Shown one piece after another: positions 38,521 to 52,630 of a stretch of DNA of 64,000 nt (the first letter of the stretch is position 1; each line of letters opens with the position of its first letter). A program made the position numbers and the translations under genes. This DNA comes from Eledone cirrhosa (taxonomy: Eukaryota): positions 238,390,001-238,454,000 of the forward strand of contig OZ024743.1 of assembly GCA_964016885.1 (NCBI GenBank), written 5' to 3'. Below the pieces are notes generated by a model. The model did not search any database and was not told where the DNA came from. It saw only the letters and a list, made by a program, of their open reading frames with translations.

Positions 38521-38613
38521 ACATATTACAATCGTTTCTCTGGCGACCAGCTCGAGGCACGATCGATGCTGTCATCAAACCTAACTCTGAAATCGCAAGA
38601 TCCTCAGATATGT
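38521..38613 (-). ncRNA. Type I hammerhead ribozyme with long stem II in a solo pseudo-LTR
   Basis: acatat-CTGAGGA-tct.gcgatt/ggtcgc.aga-GAAA-c gatt g-TA-atatgt. Confidence 0.8.
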
Positions 38614-39278
38614 CTCGATTCTACGAAGCAGAGTTTCCAAATACATATATATTTGATTCTCGCTAATTTTTACTTGTATTAATCTCCAGAGTCCAGCTAT
38701 TGGCCAGTTAATTTTATCGATTTTTTTTTGTTTATTCTATTGACTGTTGAATAGCTTTGTTATATTTAACCACTCTGTCGAGAGCTTTATTCGATTTGTG
38801 ATATTTTGCATTTTCGCAATATTATACACAACTGAATTCATTCGCCTAATATAAGTGTTGCCTCCCTTGCTGAACTCCACGTGGGGTTAGTAACAGACAC
38901 ACTTATGTAGACTATCGTGCTAAATCCCGTTGATAACGCGTCATCCTAGTTCGGTCATCTTGCCAGAAGCCTAACATCCTTTATGTAAGCGGACAGTAAA
39001 TGACTTATGGAGCCGCAGAAACCCAAATACTGGATTTTACCATCTCTCCAGGGGTCCGGGTAAATTTTCAACCATATATATTTTTATATCTGCTTGACCC
39101 GAATTAGTCGATCATTTTTTCGCTGTGCGGATGATTAGTTTAACCACCATCTCAGTCTGTTTGGCCTTTAGCGTAAGTTGTAGCTCTAATTCATATGAAT
39201 TATCGAGCGCTTGCCACACAACTCGGAAGTGTTTTTCGTTAATTCCTGAGCTGAATTTCGATTCTCGGTAACTTTTAC

Positions 39279-40609
39279 TTATATATATAAAGCTGACGGC
39301 CGTATGTAGGTAACAAACTTTCCGCCAAACGGCTGGACCAAACAGCACCAAATTTTCACCATAGATGTAACATTTTCCAAGTAAAAAAGTGAGGGTATTT
39401 TTGTCTACTGAATTTTGTTAAAAGATTAAAGACATTATTTAAATATTCACTTCTTTAAAATTTCGAAGGTCAACACTTCCGGTTATATGTCATTCCTCAC
39501 CTTTTCTTATAACGTCGTACAACATTCCCTTCTTTCTCTTAGTCTGTATGTCTGGCTGTCTGCATTAGATCACGATTTTCGAAATATTTACTTCTGCGTT
39601 CACAGACGGATTTTTTTTATGTTTCAGAAGATCCCATTAATGGTGAAAGCAGCGATTCTTTGCTTAAACTTTAATCTGTTATTTTAATATATATCTTCGT
39701 GTACAGATATTTTTGCATACACAAAAACAAAGACCTATTTATTTCACGAAAGCACAGGCGGGTTATCTTGATTGTTACTGTTCGAGGTTAGAGGACCGCA
39801 GTCTTTCAAAGATCTGAGGACCATCAATGGCCATCAATGTTCCACTTACCGTTTGGCTTGCCAGATGCGTGGTATGTTACACGATGAGAGCCATGGCACC
39901 TCACCTTGTAAGAAGCAGCAACTGCTAAAGTCCCTTCTCAGCTGCGAAAACATTTTGCTATTATGCTGCACTACTGCGATCTCGCCGACCCTCTCGCAAC
40001 GTGGAACAACGCAGACACAATCCGAACGTAACATACGATTTCGTTTTCAACGAGGCGCTCATTTGTCTTGGAAACAGTGTCCTGGAGATTGGTGGTAGGC
40101 CTTCTAAGTCACTACAGCTGACCTGCTCCTGACAGGAGTGTTCAGAGGTTAACGTCTACAGAGCTTCTCCGCGAGACGAGCTACGAGATCAGTGATTCTG
40201 CCATGGTCAATTGTATGTAGGATGCTGTAGGTTGAGCTCGCCAAACAATCTCTTCATCTTTGCTCCGGAGGGCCGAACAAAATATATTGTATATTCTGAG
40301 GCTCTAACAATGTAATTTAAATATTTTCTGTTACTTGGAATTTCCATTATGGCTGTACAAATTATTGTTTGTTAAATAATATGTTCTCTGTTCAGCCTTT
40401 ATTGTTGTAACAATCAATTTTCTTTAACTTACTGGCTGCTGAACTGGGGAATCCTAAAAACTATTCAAACCCAACATCAGAGCATGTTACCCCCCCCCCT
40501 CCTGACTTGAGAGGGCGTGCGGTATCTTTGCACTAGAGTGTAGGGGGGATTCCTGAAAAGGTAAAATACCGGTATACCTAGCCGAACGCCAGCCGGATGG
40601 ACCAACTAG
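39279..40609 (+). mobile_element. Internally deleted Helitron with Rep-helicase remnants
   Basis: LLLFEVRGPQSFKDLRTINGHQCSTYRLAC..GML.DE (about 39766-39890); HGQLYVGCCR..TKYIVYSEAL (about 40202-40314, PIF1 C-terminus); 3' CTAG|T at 40606-40610; tatatataaag..acggctggacc 5' region. Confidence 0.75.
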
Positions 40610-41161
40610 TATATATATATAAAAGGTAAACAGAAAAAACAAACCAAACTGTACATTGAAATAACACGAAGGCGAGATAGATCGGGTAGGTAGCTAGATA
40701 GATAATTGCGGAGAGATGTCAAGTAAAGCTTCCAGCAATGGAAGCTGTAAATGTTAGCAGCTGGTGTCAATAAGAGCTAATTATACTAAAATAGGTCGGT
40801 CATTATCCTCTTGAGTGTATATGTGGGTGTATGTGCCACGGAATGTACACACATTTTCTACAAATTCATACATATATACTAATTTAAGGTATCACAACAT
40901 GCATAATATGTATGATGATTATGTATCTCAGTAGAAAAATTCAATGGACATTTGCCCAGAGCATCAATAATTCAAATTAAAAGAGCCATATACGTTTGAG
41001 AAACACAGTATTTTGTACATATATAAAGCACGTATATATGACACTTTCTCTTTCTCCATATACACACATATCTTTTAGTTTCAATAACATACATATGTAT
41101 GCAGTTACATATTTATGTATGTATCTATCTTTTTGTCCCTATCTCTTTCTTTCCTTCTCTC

Positions 41162-41347
<186 letters not shown>

Positions 41348-41493
41348 GTGACATTTATCTGTTATTTCTTCGAAGTTACATTTTAAACTTAGCTCCGTTT
41401 AAACACTTATTATCTCGTTAATTTCTTCGGACTAAGGAGAAGAAAAATTGGATATATTTTGCCTGACTTTTCTTCAAACTTATAAATTTCTCT

Positions 41494-41552
<59 letters not shown>

Positions 41553-41595
41553 TCTCCCTCTCTCACTCTCTATCTATCTATTCATATATATATAT

Positions 41596-42321
41596 AGTGT
41601 ATTTTGCAATACACTGTATGCTTAATTAAAAGCATTTCGAAGACCTTACGCTATTGTTTTAGAGTAGTGACAGTCTCACTTACTTCAATTTTCAGCAAAC
41701 AGAGCTCTGTTTCGCACTTTTTGGTGCTTATCAAAGCTAACTGCTCTGTCTGCTTGCTGAAAATTATGAATGTTTGATTCTTATAGAATTCCACTAATAA
41801 TCAAGAACGGATTATACAGAGCGGTTGCCTGTCAAGCAGAAATTGAAAATTAGAATTGGTACTCTGAAATACCGATATATATATGAATGTATATATATAT
41901 AGTGTATTTTGCAATACACTGTATGCTTAATTAAAAGCATTTCGAAGACCTTAAGCTGTTGTTTTAGAGTAGTGACATCTCACTTACTTCAATTTTCAGC
42001 AAACAGGGAAGATAAAGCTGACAGAGCTCTGTTTCGCACTTTTTGGTGCTTATCAAAGCTAAGTACTCCGCCTGTTTGCTGAAAATTATGAATGTTTGAT
42101 TCTTATAGGCGGAGTAGTTAGCTTTGTTAAGCACCAAAAAGTGCGAAACAGAGCTCTGTCAGTTTTATCTCCCCTGTTTGCTGAAAATTGAAGTAAGTGA
42201 GACTGTGACTACTCTAAAACAATAGCGTAAGGTCTTCGAAATGCTTTTAATTAAGCATACAGTGTATTGCAAAATACACTATATATATATTCATATATAT
42301 ATCGCTATTTTAGAGCACCAA

Positions 42322-42330
<9 letters not shown>
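41596..42330. repeat. Tandem plus inverted array of a ~300-bp non-coding unit (two direct copies, one inverted)
   Basis: tagtgtattttgcaatacactgtatgcttaattaaaagc at 41596 and 41900; reverse complement ending near 42281; flanked by (TA)n. Confidence 0.92.
41991..42087 (-). ncRNA. Extended type I hammerhead ribozyme with U3:A8 core
   Basis: aattttcagcaaacagg-cggagtactt-agct-TTGATAA-gcac caaaaa gtgc-GAAA-cag agct ctg-TC-agct-ttatcttc-cctgtttgctgaaaatt. Confidence 0.8.
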
Positions 42331-42382
<52 letters not shown>

Positions 42383-42389
<7 letters not shown>

Positions 42390-43585
42390 GCAGCATCTGC
42401 TCTGTAGTCAAAGTTAATTGCCACCTCTCGGAACCGTTTCAGATCTTTCGATTCGTCCGTCATGGTTGCTCTCTCGCCTCCCTTCTGTACGTATTGACCC
42501 TCGAGCCTTTACTGCGGAAGCTGGGGCTGTTGCAGGGCATCCCGCTCGAACCGGGACGCGGAAACGCTGTGTAGGCTTATGCAGGCGACATCACCGTGAT
42601 GGTGTCGGACACCTCGGAAATCGAGATATTCGGCACCCTCTTGGAAGAATATGAAAGGTTGACGAGTGCGAAACTAAACCAGGAAAATTCGGTGGGTTTG
42701 CAGCTCGGCACCTGGAGAAGTAAGTCCATGCCGTCCAACAGCGTGGTGGGATGCTGGATGGACGGACCGGTAAAGTTGCTCGGGATTTGGTTCGGATCAG
42801 ACCTCCAGGTGGATAATAATTGGGACGAGGTAACGATGAAGGTAGCCGCTCTCACCCAGAAATGGGCCGAGAGGAAGCGGTCTCTGAAAGATCGGGTGGA
42901 GGTGGCGAAGGCGTACATCGCGCCCGTCATCTACCAAGGGCTGTCCGACGTACCTTGCCTCCGTTCGCCCCTCACCAAACTGTACTGCCTCCTCTTCAAC
43001 TTATTATGCAGATGACAGGCTCCGTTGGTGAAGCGTTTCATCCGTTGCCAGCATGCTCTACGCGAAGGGCTGGGGATGCGCTGAGGCAGCAGCTTCTCCA
43101 GATATTCTGCCTAAACAGTGAACAGGTGACGTCGCTGTTTGACAGACGGGCCTTTGCGCAGCTCGTCTCTTTGACTGAGTTGCAGTCCTGGATCAAGAAG
43201 AGACCAAGACTGGGTGATTGGCATCTGGAATGTTACCAGGCCCTAACTACCCCTCTACCAGGCGGGCAATGTGCTCAGTAGAACTTCCACTTTCAAATTC
43301 TATAGAGGGTTAGTGGTGGGAAAGTGCAACAACGTACTCGGAAAGGCTCTTAGCGTCGAACTGGCCAGTCTGTTCCGGAGGCCTTTCGACCTGGGGACGA
43401 TGGATAACTTCCAGAAATCTCTTGAACGAAGGTGAGGGTAGAGAGAAAAGTGCTGCCCCACAGTACAATTGCTAATAGGTGGGTGAATGTGGCGAGAATG
43501 GCCCGTGTGTATAAGTCTACTCTGAGCATACGGCTGTAGGCTGGTTAATTTGAGGAGGGGAGGCGAGCTCATCCCGGGTGCCCTT
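42383..43585 (+). mobile_element. Old decayed Tx1 ORF2 fragment
   Basis: VRHGCSLASLLYVLTLEPLL, YAGD, SVGLQLGTWR, GPVKLLGIWFG, homologous to ORF2 at 21592. Confidence 0.88.
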
Positions 43586-43708
43586 TACGATCTGAGTTCA
43601 AATCCCGCCGAGATTAATTTTGCCTTTCATCCTTACGGGGTCGATAAAATAAAGTACCAGTAATGCACTGGGTAATTGCTGGCCTTGTGCCAAAAGTAGA
43701 AACAATTA
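43584..43708 (+). mobile_element. SINE family 1
   Basis: gagttcaaatcccgccgag..gcctttcatccttacggggtcgataaaataaagtaccag. Confidence 0.85.
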
Positions 43709-43871
43709 TTATTATTAATAGTAGTAGCAGTGGGGTATGTATGTGAGCTATATTTATGACACCTGAGCTTTTGCGTTTCCATAGGCAGTACAACACACAC
43801 AGACATGCATATAAATATACATACGTATACTCACATTTACGTACACACCAACACAACATATATATATATAA

Positions 43872-43950
43872 TGAAATTCCGTTATAACGAAATTCATGGG
43901 GTATAAAATAATTCGTTATAACGGTATTCGTTATAACGGAATTTTACCTG
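43872..43950. mobile_element. Tiny MITE-like inverted repeat
   Basis: aaattccgttataacgaa ... ttcgttataacggaattt-tacctg-TA. Confidence 0.5.
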
Positions 43951-44299
43951 TATATATATATATATATATGAGTACATCGTATGTAGGAAGGATAAAAGTA
44001 TTTTTTTCTAACATGTTTGTTTAGAGTCTTTGCTCAGAAATAGAAAAAACAAAACAAACACATGAAAACATACTAACAGCAGCAGCAGCAACAACAACAA
44101 CAACAAAAACAACAAAAATAATAAAATTGATAATAAATCTTTAAAAAATTAAAAAGAAATCCCCCAACCAAAAAATTTACTAAAAAATATTATTAAAAAT
44201 ATTTAAGAAAGTAATGCATATGTGCCAAAAAGGGAACAAAATAAATACAAACATATTAATAAATATAAATATAAATATATAACTATATATATAACTATA

Positions 44300-44338
<39 letters not shown>

Positions 44339-44361
44339 CTATATATAACTATATATATACA

Positions 44362-44462
<101 letters not shown>

Positions 44463-44895
44463 AGAAATAAATAAATATGAAGAAAAATATATCTTTCTTC
44501 GATGTGAGGGCCAAAAGCAATTGATGGATTGCAAAATAAAATGTTCAGATTCCTGAGGACTGTACACCTTGGTAATTGCATGATAAACATCACAGACAAA
44601 CATTGTAAGTTAATCAAACCATCGAGGTTCCCCTCCACCAAAAAAATATATATAATATAGAAAAAAAGAAGAGAAAATCAGTTATTTTCCCCTTTTGTAT
44701 CACTGTTATAGTTTAACACCTGGCTTCATCATTAGCATCTCTACTCAGTCAATTTGTCTTTATTTGTTTGTCTTGTCTACTGTTTGTATGTATTTTTTTG
44801 TAAATTTTGGTTTTTGTTGTTTTCTAATTTCCTTCTGTTCCGCTGCCGTCTTCTCCCTTCCCCCTTAAACAAAATATTCGACATTTTCCTTTCTC

Positions 44896-44940
<45 letters not shown>

Positions 44941-44992
44941 TATATGCATATATATATATGCATATATGTATATATGTATGTATATATGTGAT

Positions 44993-45151
<159 letters not shown>

Positions 45152-45577
45152 TTATGTATATATGTACGTACACACACATATGTTTAAGATGAACTCTTTG
45201 AAGATCTTTCTAAGATCTCACCTGAACTAAATTGCTGTTTTCTCTAATACTATATTTGTAGTATTTAAGCGAAGATAATATTATGAATAGTCTGAGCCAA
45301 ACAAGGCCGTAGTGAATTATCTCTCTATTGGGATGAATTCGGACGAATTATAATGTTATTTAGTTATTTGTTTTATTTAATCTTATTTTAAGTTAATAAT
45401 TACTTTCATTTTCGAAATTGCCATTCATTTCATTATGTTGTATGTATGTATGAACCCATAACTCCTGCATGTCCTGGGAACTTTTAAACTTGGCTGATGG
45501 CTGAGTCCATCTCTCTCCGGATTTGAATACACTCTATTTCTTCTTCTTCTTCTTCTTCTTCGGGAGAGAGAGAGAGA

Positions 45578-45700
<123 letters not shown>

Positions 45701-45832
45701 ATCGACTTCATTGCTGGACTGGTACTTTATATTTTCTATTCACATTGTTCCGGCTTCCTCAATGTTTTCTTAATTCTATCTAACGTTTTAACTACTCTGC
45801 CAATTCGCCGCTCATTATTTTGTAGAAGTGTG

Positions 45833-46137
45833 AAGGCGCTTGACTGAGTTGCCAGGTTATTAGCTCACGATCGTAAGGTCGTAAGTTCGATTCTCTGAGA
45901 TGCGTTTTCTCTTTCCCGTTGCTCCAGCCCACCTAGCTGGCAAAAATAACTTGTAGCTCTAATTCGAAGGGCCAGCTATGTCACATTCTGTGTCACGCTG
46001 AATCTCCCCGAGAACGACGTTAAAAGTACACGTGCCTGTGGAATGCTCAGTCACTTGCATGTTAATTTTACGAACAGGCTGTTCTGTTGATCGTATCAAC
46101 TAGAACACTCGTCGCCGTAACCGACGAAGTACCAGTT
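45833..46137 (+). mobile_element. tRNA-derived SINE family 2
   Basis: Head with gtaagttcgattc B-box; body tgtcac..ctgaatctccc.gagaa..tgctcagtca shared with 59541-59845. Confidence 0.75.
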
Positions 46138-46499
46138 GTATTTTGTAAAAGCACTATAAAATCCGAAAAAATAAAAATTATAAATATTTTACCTGTGTAA
46201 TATTATCTAATGTTATCCATAGTGATAAATGTATACACCCCAAATTACCCGGGTAACATTCTAATAATTAACAATACATTACATTTTATTTATTTATTGA
46301 TCTTTCTAGTTTATTAATTATATATATGATAGGTTATTACTCCGAGGCAACAGTGTTTAATGCTGACAGTTGTAAATAGTTGTTTTTTAATTTAGCATTT
46401 AATGACTTCTGAGCAATCAATAATGGTGTTTTTATTGGAATGTAGTAAATATTTTATTCACCTGATTGAAAACAATTTTATGAAGATGAAATTATTTTC

Positions 46500-46640
46500 C
46501 ATCAAGATTTTACGGGCAAAACCAACTGGCAGGAGACCCAGGGGTAGACCACAAGCAAGATGGCTAGATAACATCCATGAGCGTGGTTCATCTTGCTTGG
46601 AGATCCAGTCGGATCAATTGGTGACAATTGATTCTGAAAA
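46500..46640 (+). mobile_element. RTE-type ORF C-terminal fragment
   Basis: AKPTGRRPRGRPQARWLDNI, the RTE C-terminal GRP..RW motif. Confidence 0.7.
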
Positions 46641-46715
46641 AGTAAAATTTTTTCTTTAATAATTAGGCTCTTATATGTTCTTTGTATTACACCCCAATAA
46701 TGCTTAACTCTACTA

Positions 46716-46764
<49 letters not shown>

Positions 46765-46767
<3 letters not shown>

Positions 46768-46844
46768 TGGTTACACAACAGTGAGTTCACCATACCGAGA
46801 ACACTTGTTCTCGGTATGGTGAACTCACTGTTGTGTTACCACTT
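46765..46844. repeat. 80-nt hairpin (39-bp arms, one mismatch)
   Basis: aagtggttacacaacagtgagttcaccataccgagaaca-ct-tgttctcggtatggtgaactcactgttgtgttaccactt. Confidence 0.92.
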
Positions 46845-46906
46845 CTACCTAACTCGTCCCATAGATTGAGTGCTCTACCACAATGGATATTACCTTCCAG
46901 TGCTCC

Positions 46907-47006
<100 letters not shown>

Positions 47007-47089
47007 GTTATTCCGGGTTGAATCGGAGGTAACCACAGTAAGTAAGGTACTCAATACATAGCAGAGTATAACAGTTTTATAAGAGTATA

Positions 47090-47130
47090 ATCGTTTCTTT
47101 GGTCCGATCTGATGATCGGCAGCTTACGTT

Positions 47131-47176
<46 letters not shown>

Positions 47177-47527
47177 TGTATGTATAGTGTATTTTGCAAT
47201 ACACTGTATGCTTAATTAAAAGCATTTCGAAGACCTTGCGCTATTGTTTTAGAGTAGTGACAGTCTCACTTACTTTAATTTTAACAAACAGGGAAGATAA
47301 AGCTGACAAAGCTCTGTTTCGCACATTCATGATTTTCAGCAAACAGGCGGAGTACTTAGCTTTGATAAGCACCAAACAGTGCGAAACAGAGCTTTGTCAG
47401 CTTTATCTTCCCTGTTTGCTGAAAATTAAAGTAAGTGAGACTGTCACTACTCTAAAACAATAGCGCAAGGTCTTCGAAATGCTTTTAATTAAGCATACAG
47501 TGTATTGCAAAATACACTATACATACA

Positions 47528-47589
<62 letters not shown>

Positions 47590-47629
47590 AACGTAAGCTG
47601 CCGATCATCAGATCGGACCAAAGAAACGA
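47090..47629. repeat. Fold-back copy of the 41596 unit (arms about 47090-47324 and 47379-47629)
   Basis: Mirror includes the internal (TA)n and the outer tcgtttctttggtccgatctgatgatcggcagc. Confidence 0.92.
47332..47426 (+). ncRNA. Extended type I hammerhead ribozyme with U3:A8 core
   Basis: agct(47358)-TTGATAA(47362)-gcac caaaca gtgc-GAAA(47383)-cag agct ttg-TC-agct; distal stem I ttttcagcaaacagg/cctgtttgctgaaaa. Confidence 0.78.
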
Positions 47630-48076
47630 TGTTTCCATTGTTCTTTGCGTTGCTGATATTATCTGCCTCTCGTAACTCTTGGCTGAACAAACAACCTGAA
47701 ATAAAATATTTTGCTCGAGAAAACAACGCGTTACTCGATTCAGGAAGTGAAACCGCAATTCTATGATCATGCTTCTAGCACCGTAATCATCAGGATATGG
47801 GTAAATGATACATTTACAGGCAATATAATAGAATAAAAGAACTAGAACCTGAAAGCCTTAGGCCCTCACCAACCTTAAATGATTAGCCCATAACAAATGA
47901 CTACTCAGACTACCCCTAACCAAGACTTTGACCTGACTTTATAATGATCTAGCACCGGACATGATCTAACACTGGGAACAGACCTGTCATCTCTCCCCGT
48001 CTGACGGGGATATCTCCCAACCACTTTGGGGTGGGTGAGAGATATCTTCGCCTGTGAAAATGTGTATAGCTTTCAT

Positions 48077-48261
48077 TGGATTGGCAGTATCGGTAGAGGG
48101 TCGGACGCCATGCTTTGACGTATAGAGTTACGGCCCTTCCCATTCTGAGTTCAATTCCCGCCGAGGTTAACTTTGCCTTTCATCCTTACGGGGTCGATAA
48201 AATAAAGTACCAGTAATGCACTTGGTAATTGCTGGCCTTGTGCCAAAAGTAGAAACAATTA
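48077..48261 (+). mobile_element. SINE family 1
   Basis: Head, B-box-like gagttcaattcc and core. Confidence 0.88.
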
Positions 48262-49410
48262 TGTAAAATCTCCCTATTTTGCCTCATTTCTACCTATTTT
48301 GGGACACCTTTTTTCAAGGTACTCCCTGTTTGGGATTTTAAAGTTTGGCAGGTTTGCAGGATATGCTCTTAAATCGGACATGAACTTGCAAACTCTCAGT
48401 AAGAAAGTATGATACTTTAATCACTGACTATTCTAGTTTGATGAAGATATTTTTGTTATTCTGTTTGTAAGAATTCTGAAAATGGCCAACATATTTATTG
48501 AGAGCAAAAATTGTTTTTTTCCCTCTTTTCATTTAATTTATATTCTGGTACGTGTCTTTGTCTGTGGTTGCAGTGAATCCCACCGAGGAGACTTATTATG
48601 CCGAGATGGGATTTAAAAAGTGACTGAAAAAAAAAAAAAATCAAGAAAAAAAACAAACAAACACTAACATAAAATAGATCCCCCTACCACCTCATCCAAC
48701 AACAAAAAGGTAAAATAAGAAAATGAATATATAAACGTAAAAAAAAAAATATATTAATAAAATAAACATTTTTGAAATACGAAAAAAAAAAAAAAAATTT
48801 AGATATTTAAAAAACGTCACTCAAATAAATAAATGTAAAAATACAAGCGAAACGTTATTAAAACGTGAAAATAATAACGGCAACAACAGCAGCAACAATG
48901 ATAATCATAGGCAAAGCAAACAAAAATTTATATAATCCTTCAAATAGAAAAAAACAACAAAAACAGCAACAACAACAAAAAAAAAGCAAAAGAAAAAAAA
49001 CAATAACAAAAACATAGAAACAAGACATAAAAAACAAACGAAAAAAAAACAAAAATCTGAAAACCCCCATCTTTCAGAAAAACAACACCAAAAGAACAAA
49101 AACAAAAAATAATAAACAAAAATAAAACAAAATAGTTACCCATTAAGGCATTCTGTTTAAAAATATTTAGAAAAACTTAGTGTTTATCTAATAAGACTTG
49201 GAAAAGGGTACACCGCAGGGAGCATTTGTTTAATAAGGCTGCTGCAAAGTTCACCACAGGGAGCATTTGTTTAATATTTGACTTCACAGCTTTCTTTTCT
49301 TTTCTTTTTTGCTCTTTTCTGTCTGTTTATCTTTTCGTCTTGTTCGTTTCGCTCTATTTCAAACTTCTTTCTCTCTCGTCCTCTTTTCTTCCCTCACTCA
49401 CTCTCTGTCA

Positions 49411-49478
<68 letters not shown>

Positions 49479-50035
49479 TCTTCTTCTTCTTCTTCTTCTC
49501 CTTCTTCTTCTTCTTCTTCTTCTTCTTCTTCTTCTTCTACAACCACCACCTCAAACCACCACCAACACCACCACCACTACCACCACCAACATCACCACCA
49601 GAACCACCACCACCACCACCACCACCACCACCACCACCACCACCACCACCACCACCACCAGTGTGTACAGAAAACCTTAACATCAATATTGTTATTTTCA
49701 CCAAGACACGACGGGTTCCTTTCACCTAAATTGTAGACCAGCGACTTAAACTAAAATCTAGAGAAATATGAAAGTACACATACACAAATACACACACAAA
49801 CTACAACAACATTACTACTAATACTAATAATAATAATTCCAATGCTAATATGAAACCTTGTTAAATAGTGACATCCAGAATGGCGGAATTTCACAAAACA
49901 ATAAACAACCCTCATAATGTAATAGGTGTCTTGAGAATAATAAAAAAAAAAACTGTCTAAAAATATGTGTAGCTAAATCATTAAAAACGCCCAGAATTGA
50001 AACGCCCGTATAACACACGTAAATAGACTATATAT

Positions 50036-50070
<35 letters not shown>

Positions 50071-50097
50071 AACACGCATATATGTATATATTTACAG

Positions 50098-50209
<112 letters not shown>

Positions 50210-50312
50210 TTATATAGGTATATATATATATGTATTTGTGCTACTCATATAGTGCACCATACAACGAATAATATACGAAAAAATAGAGATAGCTAGATAG
50301 ACTGATACGTAG

Positions 50313-50406
<94 letters not shown>

Positions 50407-50677
50407 CTATAAATAAACAAATGAAAAACAACCCGGAAGACACACGGAGTTCAGTTATGAAGTTTTGAAATAGTGAAAACACGCAATAACTCTAAGACTA
50501 CTGCCACGCCAGTAATGCTTTCTTTATTGGACTTAGAAACTAACAACAACAACATCATCATCAACAACAGCATCAACAACAACAACAAACAGCAAACGCC
50601 ACCATCAACAACAACAACAGGCAAAAACCACCAACAGCAATAATACTTTTTTTTTAATAATAGCACAACACCATCAG

Positions 50678-52578
50678 CTTCTTCTTCTTCTTCTTTTTCT
50701 TCTTCTTCTTCTTCTTCTTCTTCTTCTTCTTCTTCTTCTTCTTCTTCTTCTTCTTCTTCTTCTTCTTCTTCTTCTTCTTCTTCTTCTTCTTCTTCTTCTT
50801 CTTCTTCTTCTTCTTCTTCTTCTTCTCAACCGTCTCCAACTGATTCGGCCGGATCCCCAAGCGAGATCAGTCAAGCTCATGGATGTTATCAAACCATCTT
50901 GCTCGGGGTTTAACCCTGGGTCTCTTGCCAGTTGATTTTGCTCGTAAAATCTGTCCAGCGAATCTTTCCTGCGACATTCTAACCACATGCCAATAGTATC
51001 GGAGAAGTATCAGCTCTACCTGGATTGACTCTCGCACTCTTCATCCTCTAGCTTGGACTCGACACTGACACTTATCATAGACTTTATCGTGGAGGCTTAA
51101 CAAGGAGATTTCTCTGTAATTAGAACAATCTCTCTTGTCTCTCTTTTTGAAAATTGGGATTATCACTCCCGATTGCCATTTCTTAGGTGCCACTCGACAC
51201 ACATGAGTCAGCCAGAGAATACCGTCTCTATTTAAGACTTTTAAAATCTCGGGCAGAATTTCATCTTCTATATCTGCTTTGCCACATTTGAACTCTTTAA
51301 CTGCTCTTGTAACCTCAGCCCCTGAGAGATTAGTCACCACTCCCAGTTGCGCCTCGTTTACATCATAAGATTCGGTTGTGATCGGATTTAGGAGATCAGC
51401 AAAGTATTCTCTATATCTCGCGAGGATACACCTCTCTGAAGAGAGTAGAACCCCAGAGGCGTTCTTGATAGCAGGTGTGGATAAGGAATTCTCATTGCGA
51501 AGTCGGTGGATGGTCTGCCAGAATACTTTATTTGCTGATCTGAAGTCGGATTCCAGCTTAACCACAAAGTTCTCCCATGTCTTAACTTTGGACGTCTTTA
51601 CTGTCTCTGCTGCGACTTTTCGTTCCTGCTTGAACAGCAAGTGCAAGCTAGAGGACTTATTTCCAAGCTAAGCTTTGTAAGCCTCAGTCTTTGCTCGGAT
51701 GGCATCTTTGATCTCTTGATTGAACCATCTGGTGCTTCGCCAAGCCTCTTTCGCTCGCAGCATTTAACAACTAAAGTAGAAACTGTTGAGCTGAACAATC
51801 TCCACTCTGTCTCAACGCCCTCAGTTTGCTCAGAAAGTTCTCTGACTTTGGATACAATTGTTTCTGCACACCTGGTCCTGACTTCCCTATCCACCAATGC
51901 TTCCCACTTTATCTTGTAGGTCGTTCTGGTCTTGCCAGTTTTCTGGGTTTCTTTGGCAGATTACTAGATGGTAATAAGCTGAAAGCTGAGCCCCTCACTT
52001 TAAACGAACAACCAGCACAGAATCAAAGAGATCAGAGACAATATTAAAATCAATTATTGATTCTGTTCCTGACTCCTCTTATACTATGTATATTTATGGA
52101 TGTCTCTGTGTTGGGAGAAGGTGTTCACAATAGAGAGTCTACTGACAGAACAGAAGTCTAGTAAACCCCTCTCTTCGTATTTAGATTGAGGTCACCATTT
52201 CTTCCAATCACCCCTTTCCATGTCAGGTGGTCAATGCCAACATGTGCATTGAAGGCTAGATATAGTCTGGGTTTCTTCAACAAAGCTCCGTGGCTCTGAT
52301 ACTGTATATTTGGATGGAGGCTGGAAACTCCACTATTCAGGTGTGACGCGTAAATGACTGCATTGGCGGGAGAAAGGATATTCACAAGCACGTGCAATCA
52401 GAATGTGTTATGGACTGGATCCCATTAAGAGGGAGGATTCGCCTCTTGAAGTTTAGACTGAAAGATACGTCTCGGTGGGTGGTGCAAGCTTATGCACTAA
52501 ACAAGGAATCCGAATACAGGTCCTTCCTTGATGAAGTCACAGCATCGTTAGATGTAGTTAAGACTGTGATTCACTGAT
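50678..52578 (-). mobile_element. Decayed RTE-clade LINE with (GAA)n tail and an inverted 5' segment (52254-52578 on +)
   Basis: Minus: FNAHVG..WKGVIGRNG, FWQTI, WQSGVIIPIFKK.DKRDCSNYREISLLS, then (GAA)n at 50678-50826. Plus: VSSTK.RGS..LDGGWKLHYSG and VVQAYA (APE N-terminal half). Confidence 0.85.
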
Positions 52579-52630
52579 TAAAGGTGAAATATATTTCTTC
52601 AATGGAATATATACAAAGGATATCAATCAT

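Noticed and set aside
44549-44604. Possible 56-nt host exon (cag|..FLRTVHLGNCMINITDKH|gtaagt)
   Set aside because: Weak acceptor, no recognisable homology and no partner exons; would need RNA-seq.
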